Assembly (NCBI GenBank): GCA_964624435.1
Contig: CAZUYV010000001.1
Span: forward strand, 1 to 46,054
Length of the DNA: 46,054 bases
Reading direction: 5' to 3'
From: an uncultured Micavibrio sp.
GTDB taxonomy: Bacteria; Pseudomonadota; Alphaproteobacteria; Micavibrionales; Micavibrionaceae
Shown: positions 39,638-43,435 of the stretch, piece by piece
Layout of the letters: the number at the start of each line of letters is the position of its first letter
Position numbering within the stretch: position 1 is the first letter of the stretch
Made by a program: the position numbers and the translations under genes
Notes under the pieces: model-generated
What the model saw: only the letters and a program-made list of their open reading frames with translations
The model's database searches: none
Told to the model about the DNA's origin: nothing

Positions 39638-39741
39638 TTAATCCGTTCTATTCTACATGTCACGAGGCTGTCATGTATATTAGTATGGAATAAATATTTT
39701 CTTCATCCCCTCTTTATCTTCCATATGGAGGGGTAATGTGG

Positions 39742-39773
39742 TATAATAGTTGTATCATGATGCATTGATACAA
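39742..39773 (+). promoter_or_regulatory. Extended -10 promoter plus palindromic operator
   Basis: TGGTATAAT (39739..39747); TTGTATCA (39750..39757) -N8- TGATACAA (39766..39773), lying between the -10 and the SD. Confidence 0.55.
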
Positions 39774-39782
39774 GGAGGCTAT

Positions 39783-39920
39783 ATGAGGATACCCGTTATC
39801 ATACCGGATGAACATCACGAGGAATTGCGAAGGATAGCTTTTGAAAAGAAATCGAGCATGGCTGAAGAAATTCGCAAGGCAATTGCTTTATACTTAGAAA
39901 AGGAGCGTGAGAATAAATGA
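39783..39920 (+). CDS. 45-aa ribbon-helix-helix protein (antitoxin/repressor-like; below cutoff)
   Basis: AAGGAGG SD; MRIPVIIPDEHHEELRRIAFEKKSSMAEEIRKAIALYLEKERENK. Confidence 0.65.
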   Translation: MRIPVIIPDEHHEELRRIAFEKKSSMAEEIRKAIALYLEKERENK

Positions 39921-40273
39921 ATTTTTTTGATGTATTCGCCGGAATAAAAAATCCGAACTATGTTGTGCAGAAGATAGAGACAGAGGAAGAAAGGTCGCGC
40001 ATACCTGCCGAACACTTGGAAAGAAGGAGGAAGCAGGAGTTTCATAACCTTTTAGTCGATGAAATCACAAGATCCGGCAAATTTAAAATTGAATCCGAAC
40101 ACGATCCGTTTGATATTGGTGATCCGCGAAATGTCAGATACCGGGCGGAAGTATTTGTTTTGACCCGTGATGAAATCCACCGATTGGTACAAAACACTTC
40201 AACTTATTCGCAGCACGAGATTCTTTCATTCATTTCTAAGCTTCAAGCTGATACAGCCACTGATACACATTAA
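39917..40273 (+). CDS. 118-aa protein of unknown family, translationally coupled to the RHH gene
   Basis: ATGA overlap at 39917..39920. Confidence 0.65.
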   Translation: MNFFDVFAGIKNPNYVVQKIETEEERSRIPAEHLERRRKQEFHNLLVDEITRSGKFKIESEHDPFDIGDPRNVRYRAEVFVLTRDEIHRLVQNTSTYSQHEILSFISKLQADTATDTH

Positions 40274-40298
40274 GGGATATGATAAAGGAGGAATAAGG

Positions 40299-40523
40299 GT
40301 GAAGAGTAATCTAACCACCGGACAAATGATAGATGAATTACAGAAAGGTGAAATTGCCGTAGGCATGAACGGTTTCCTTGAAAAAACGCGATTAAAACGG
40401 ACGGACTATGACGAGATCATCTATGTGGATGGCGATATAGGATCAAACAATGATTTTTTCAAGTTAAACACGTTCGCACATAGTACACGATGGAAAATAA
40501 GAAAAGCGGTTAAAGGCGAATGA
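40299..40523 (+). CDS. 74-aa protein (GTG start), weak DUF2829-like N-terminal pattern
   Basis: AAAGGAGGAATAAGG before GTG 40299; VKSNLTTGQMIDELQKGEIAVGMNG...RWKI. Confidence 0.5.
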   Translation: MKSNLTTGQMIDELQKGEIAVGMNGFLEKTRLKRTDYDEIIYVDGDIGSNNDFFKLNTFAHSTRWKIRKAVKGE

Positions 40524-40527
40524 CCCT

Positions 40528-40740
40528 CTACCTTAACAACCGCATCGTACGACCGCGAGCACTCTTTTTAGTCCAATCAATAAACCCGTTTTGCTTCAAT
40601 CTCTCCAGGTAAGCATGAACGGTACTAAGTGACGTTAACCCTGTCATAACGCTGATTTCCCGGACTGTCGGAGCCTTTTGATTCTCTCTTATGTAATTTT
40701 CAATCTTAGCCAATACGTCAAGCTGCTTTTGGGTGACCAT
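40528..40740 (-). CDS. LexA N-terminal DNA-binding-domain-only protein (70 aa, no S24 peptidase domain)
   Basis: MVTQKQLDVLAKIENYIRENQKAPTVREISVMTGLTSLSTVHAYLERLKQNGFIDW... is collinear with the LexA wHTH; GGAGGG SD before ATG 40740. Confidence 0.8.
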   Translation of the reverse strand: MVTQKQLDVLAKIENYIRENQKAPTVREISVMTGLTSLSTVHAYLERLKQNGFIDWTKKSARGRTMRLLR

Positions 40741-40767
40741 AAAATCCCTCCACATCAATTTAACCAC

Positions 40768-40796
40768 ATTATACCGAACAAACATTCGCATTTCAA
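40768..40796 (-). promoter_or_regulatory. Near-consensus promoter of the LexA-like gene
   Basis: TTGAAA (40796..40791) -17- TATAAT (40773..40768). Confidence 0.7.
40775..40788. promoter_or_regulatory. Cheo (Gram-positive SOS) box
   Basis: CGAACAAACATTCG versus CGAAC-N4-GTTCG: 9 of 10 fixed positions match. Confidence 0.65.
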
Positions 40797-40814
40797 GCGA
40801 AATTGTGGTAATAT
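40785..40814 (+). promoter_or_regulatory. Rightward promoter of the 5-gene operon
   Basis: TTCGCA -18- extended -10 TGGTAATAT (40806..40814); the -35 overlaps the Cheo box. Confidence 0.5.
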
Positions 40815-40844
40815 GGGTTCAAATAATGTGATGGAGTGATCGGA

Positions 40845-40976
40845 ATGCACCCACAATTGGTTGAAGATTGGCTGCTGAAACAGAAACGGGATTCAACACC
40901 GGAGGTTGCAGACTTCATTGATGATTTTATCCTGATGATGCAGCTTTGTATTTTCGAGGCTGATCCACAGGAATGA
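40845..40976 (+). CDS. 43-aa acidic protein (below cutoff)
   Basis: MHPQLVEDWLLKQKRDSTPEVADFIDDFILMMQLCIFEADPQE; GGAG SD. Confidence 0.45.
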   Translation: MHPQLVEDWLLKQKRDSTPEVADFIDDFILMMQLCIFEADPQE

Positions 40977-41167
40977 TGCGTCAATATCCATCCTATGATG
41001 CAGCTGTAGCTGATCTACATACCAAAGGCAAGTTCACCTTTCGCGGATCGGAAGCAGAGGAAGATATATACACGTTGGATATACAAGGAGTTAGGTATAT
41101 ATTGAAGATATCCAAAGAAGGTAAAGTAAGAATGCTTTATGAGATTAGTCCGTGGAGGGGTGATTAG
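40973..41167 (+). CDS. Hypothetical protein (64 aa)
   Basis: ATGA-coupled. Confidence 0.55.
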   Translation: MMRQYPSYDAAVADLHTKGKFTFRGSEAEEDIYTLDIQGVRYILKISKEGKVRMLYEISPWRGD

Positions 41168-41168
41168 G

Positions 41169-41462
41169 ATGGAAATTACATTTACAATGAACGAATTCAG
41201 CCTTGAGACATCGCCATATGTTGATCGGGCAACTTTGTTGGATATGCTTTCCCGTTCCGCATGGCATGAACTGCAAAAGACAAGTGATAGCGAAATTGTT
41301 GTCAGAGCAGACATGGGTGAACATAAATTGGAAGTATACTTGGAAAAGCATCCAGGTGCGGTTGATGACGGATTTATTACAATGAAGGACTATTTACATG
41401 ATCGCATTAGCGCATTAATCTTATCTATGTATCGTACAAGGGATTTGGAGGTTACGCAATGA
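41169..41462 (+). CDS. Hypothetical protein (97 aa; start MEITFTMNEF)
   Basis: GGAGGGGTGA SD before ATG 41169. Confidence 0.55.
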   Translation: MEITFTMNEFSLETSPYVDRATLLDMLSRSAWHELQKTSDSEIVVRADMGEHKLEVYLEKHPGAVDDGFITMKDYLHDRISALILSMYRTRDLEVTQ

Positions 41463-41809
41463 ACAAAAAGGATGCTCGGGAATTGATCGAATTCGCAATA
41501 GACAACAACGTTATTATGAGCCCGGACCGGGCCAGATTCCTCTATGAACATGCTGAATATCCGATGCCGCAGTACTTGATTCCAGAAGAGTTGACCGACG
41601 AAGAGCGAGAAAGGCGCTCTAAATTAGCTGAATGGCTGTTTTATCCGGCTGATGTACCGCCTAATCACTCAAATAATGTGACGCAGCGTTTCGTTAAAAG
41701 CCCGTTAGAGGACGCAATAAGGGTGCAAATTAACGGTGGTACTGATGAAGAAATCAAGAGGGAATTGCGCGGGTATGCAAGAGTATACTGGGATAAGGAA
41801 GGTGAATAG
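41459..41809 (+). CDS. Hypothetical protein (116 aa)
   Basis: ATGA-coupled. Confidence 0.6.
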   Translation: MNKKDARELIEFAIDNNVIMSPDRARFLYEHAEYPMPQYLIPEELTDEERERRSKLAEWLFYPADVPPNHSNNVTQRFVKSPLEDAIRVQINGGTDEEIKRELRGYARVYWDKEGE

Positions 41810-41810
41810 A

Positions 41811-41972
41811 ATGGATTGCCCGGTATGTGATAAAAAATTAGTTATGGCGACCGAAAACAGATTAGGTGGTGTAATGGTGTATGCCTGCTGCAAAACCGCA
41901 AGGTGCAGCTATGTATCGGAAGGATTTATTAGTCAAACAGAATTTAAGAAAGTAGCCCCTACCAATCAATAG
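41811..41972 (+). CDS. 53-aa zinc-ribbon protein
   Basis: MDCPVCDKKL...ACCKTARC; AAGGAAGGTGA SD. Confidence 0.5.
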   Translation: MDCPVCDKKLVMATENRLGGVMVYACCKTARCSYVSEGFISQTEFKKVAPTNQ

Positions 41973-41988
41973 TAGAGGCTATTTTTTT
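41953..41988. terminator. Bidirectional terminator shared by the 5-gene operon and the endolysin
   Basis: TAGCCCCTAC-N9-GTAGAGGCTA (one mismatch) followed by T7. Confidence 0.65.
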
Positions 41989-42736
41989 ATGGATTCATTA
42001 ATTCCTCAGCAATCATAAACGCCTCAATCTTCTCCAATTTTTCTAAAGCTGTATCGCTGTACGGCACATTCGGATCCTTCGCTTTCTGATACAATTCAAT
42101 CACTCGATTCGTCGTAGTCAGGGCCTTATTGACTCGCAATGATCGGGTTGCATCCACAGATAAAGATAGCTGCAGGCTGTCTACGTCCTTTCTCACTCGA
42201 TTGTAGTCATAACCCGGACACGAGGTATTCGTCAGCTCCCGGTGCGCCTTGATGTCCTTATAGTTCGGCAATAGGCTCTGTAAGGCGATAATAACCCCAT
42301 AGAGGGCTAATCGGTCAGGATCGGTCAATACATCGTAATTCATATAATCGCCGCATACCATGACATGTACGGTGTTTGCGTTGTTGCTGGCAACTCCATA
42401 TGTCCGCGATAGGATATCGTTGACCTGGTAGGCTTGCCCGTTGCGAATCATGAAGTGATAGGCAATCCCCGGCTCTCCCTTCGGTTCGTCCTGCGTTTTG
42501 GCGATATGACCGTTTGCAATGATTGTTGCCATTTGGAGATCGTTATATTTCAACGTGTTCTTTTTCGGGTAGGCATCGTGGTGCAAGACGATTCGGGTCA
42601 AGGCTCCGATATCGCGGATCCCCGTCAGCTGCTGCCAGGTATAGGCGGGATTCACTGGCAGTTGTTCGGTAATATCGAATATCTGCTTGCAACCAATTTT
42701 ACTTATTTGATTCGGTGTTAGTTGTAGAGATAGCAT
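41987..42736 (-). CDS. Endolysin, N-acetylmuramoyl-L-alanine amidase (Amidase_2/PGRP type)
   Basis: IVLHHDA...GIAYHFMIRNGQAYQV...AHRELTNTSCPG. Confidence 0.8.
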   Translation of the reverse strand: MLSLQLTPNQISKIGCKQIFDITEQLPVNPAYTWQQLTGIRDIGALTRIVLHHDAYPKKNTLKYNDLQMATIIANGHIAKTQDEPKGEPGIAYHFMIRNGQAYQVNDILSRTYGVASNNANTVHVMVCGDYMNYDVLTDPDRLALYGVIIALQSLLPNYKDIKAHRELTNTSCPGYDYNRVRKDVDSLQLSLSVDATRSLRVNKALTTTNRVIELYQKAKDPNVPYSDTALEKLEKIEAFMIAEELMNP

Positions 42737-42914
42737 CGGTTACCTCCGCCCTCTTTCCGTCTACATAGGATTCTCCGCTAATCCACACTGCGATCAGTCC
42801 AGCGAACGCCAGCACGGTTTCGGAAGAGATACCCATATCTAACCCTTCGTTTAAAATGATCAAAATGGCTCCAACCACGGCTAGAATAAATTTACGACTT
42901 TTGAATTTGCTCAT
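42699..42914 (-). CDS. Holin (LL-H / Phage_holin_1-like), 71-aa short form
   Basis: GAGGAGGA SD 8 nt before ATG 42914; MSKFKSRKFILAVVGAILIILNEGLDMGISSETVLAFAGLIAVWISGESYVDGKR. Confidence 0.7.
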   Translation of the reverse strand: MSKFKSRKFILAVVGAILIILNEGLDMGISSETVLAFAGLIAVWISGESYVDGKRAEVTDAISTTNTESNK

Positions 42915-43286
42915 GCTCTTTTTCCTCCTCAAATTGATGTATCGTTTGGTGAATCGGGCAATAGATCGCACCATTCGTGACCACATGGAACGCTTGAATA
43001 AGATTCGGCGAATATTTATCCTGTATGGCTTTGATGTAGGCGCAATCCATGGCTGCCCTCCTAGCTTGATAATCTCGTTTTCGTGATGCTCCATTTGCAA
43101 TTCAGACATGGGCTTTTGCTGCATGCCCAGTGTCTTCATGATGTAATTAACCGCCAGTTTCGTGCCAATCCGCTTGCCGAGAATAACCCCGGCGCCAGAA
43201 GCGAGCATCGTAAACGTCAACTCTTTCCAGCGATCAAAAACAAACATGCATAAGTCGATAAAGGCGAGGATAACGTAATAAATCAT
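42699..43286 (-). CDS. 195-aa in-frame long form (extra N-terminal 124 aa with hydrophobic segments plus the holin)
   Basis: No stop between ATG 43286 and the holin ATG 42914; ATGA-coupled to the upstream ORF. Confidence 0.5.
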   Translation of the reverse strand: MIYYVILAFIDLCMFVFDRWKELTFTMLASGAGVILGKRIGTKLAVNYIMKTLGMQQKPMSELQMEHHENEIIKLGGQPWIAPTSKPYRINIRRILFKRSMWSRMVRSIARFTKRYINLRRKKSMSKFKSRKFILAVVGAILIILNEGLDMGISSETVLAFAGLIAVWISGESYVDGKRAEVTDAISTTNTESNK

Positions 43287-43423
43287 TCATCAACCACCCG
43301 GGGAATTAAAAGCTTATCCTTACACTTGGGACCATCCAGATGTAACACTTGACGGAGTGCATCGGGTGATAAGTCGGAATCGGAAAATTCTTCTTCGTCC
43401 ATGAGGATTTCAGGTTCTTTCAT
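43283..43423 (-). CDS. 46-aa acidic protein (below cutoff)
   Basis: AAAGGAGCC SD; MKEPEILMDEEEFSDSDLSPDALRQVLHLDGPKCKDKLLIPRVVDE. Confidence 0.45.
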   Translation of the reverse strand: MKEPEILMDEEEFSDSDLSPDALRQVLHLDGPKCKDKLLIPRVVDE

Positions 43424-43435
43424 GATGGCTCCTTT

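Noticed and set aside
39638-39738. CCCCTC-N15-GAGGGG hairpin (39705..39732) as a terminator for the tRNA or the RHH operon
   Set aside because: It has no adjacent U-tract on either strand and overlaps the -35 region of the RHH promoter. Its function cannot be assigned.
40741-40791. Longer 87-aa version of the LexA-like ORF starting at 40791
   Set aside because: That ATG lies upstream of the predicted -10 (40773..40768) of the gene's own promoter and has no SD. ATG 40740 has GGAGGG at the right distance, and the LexA similarity starts there.
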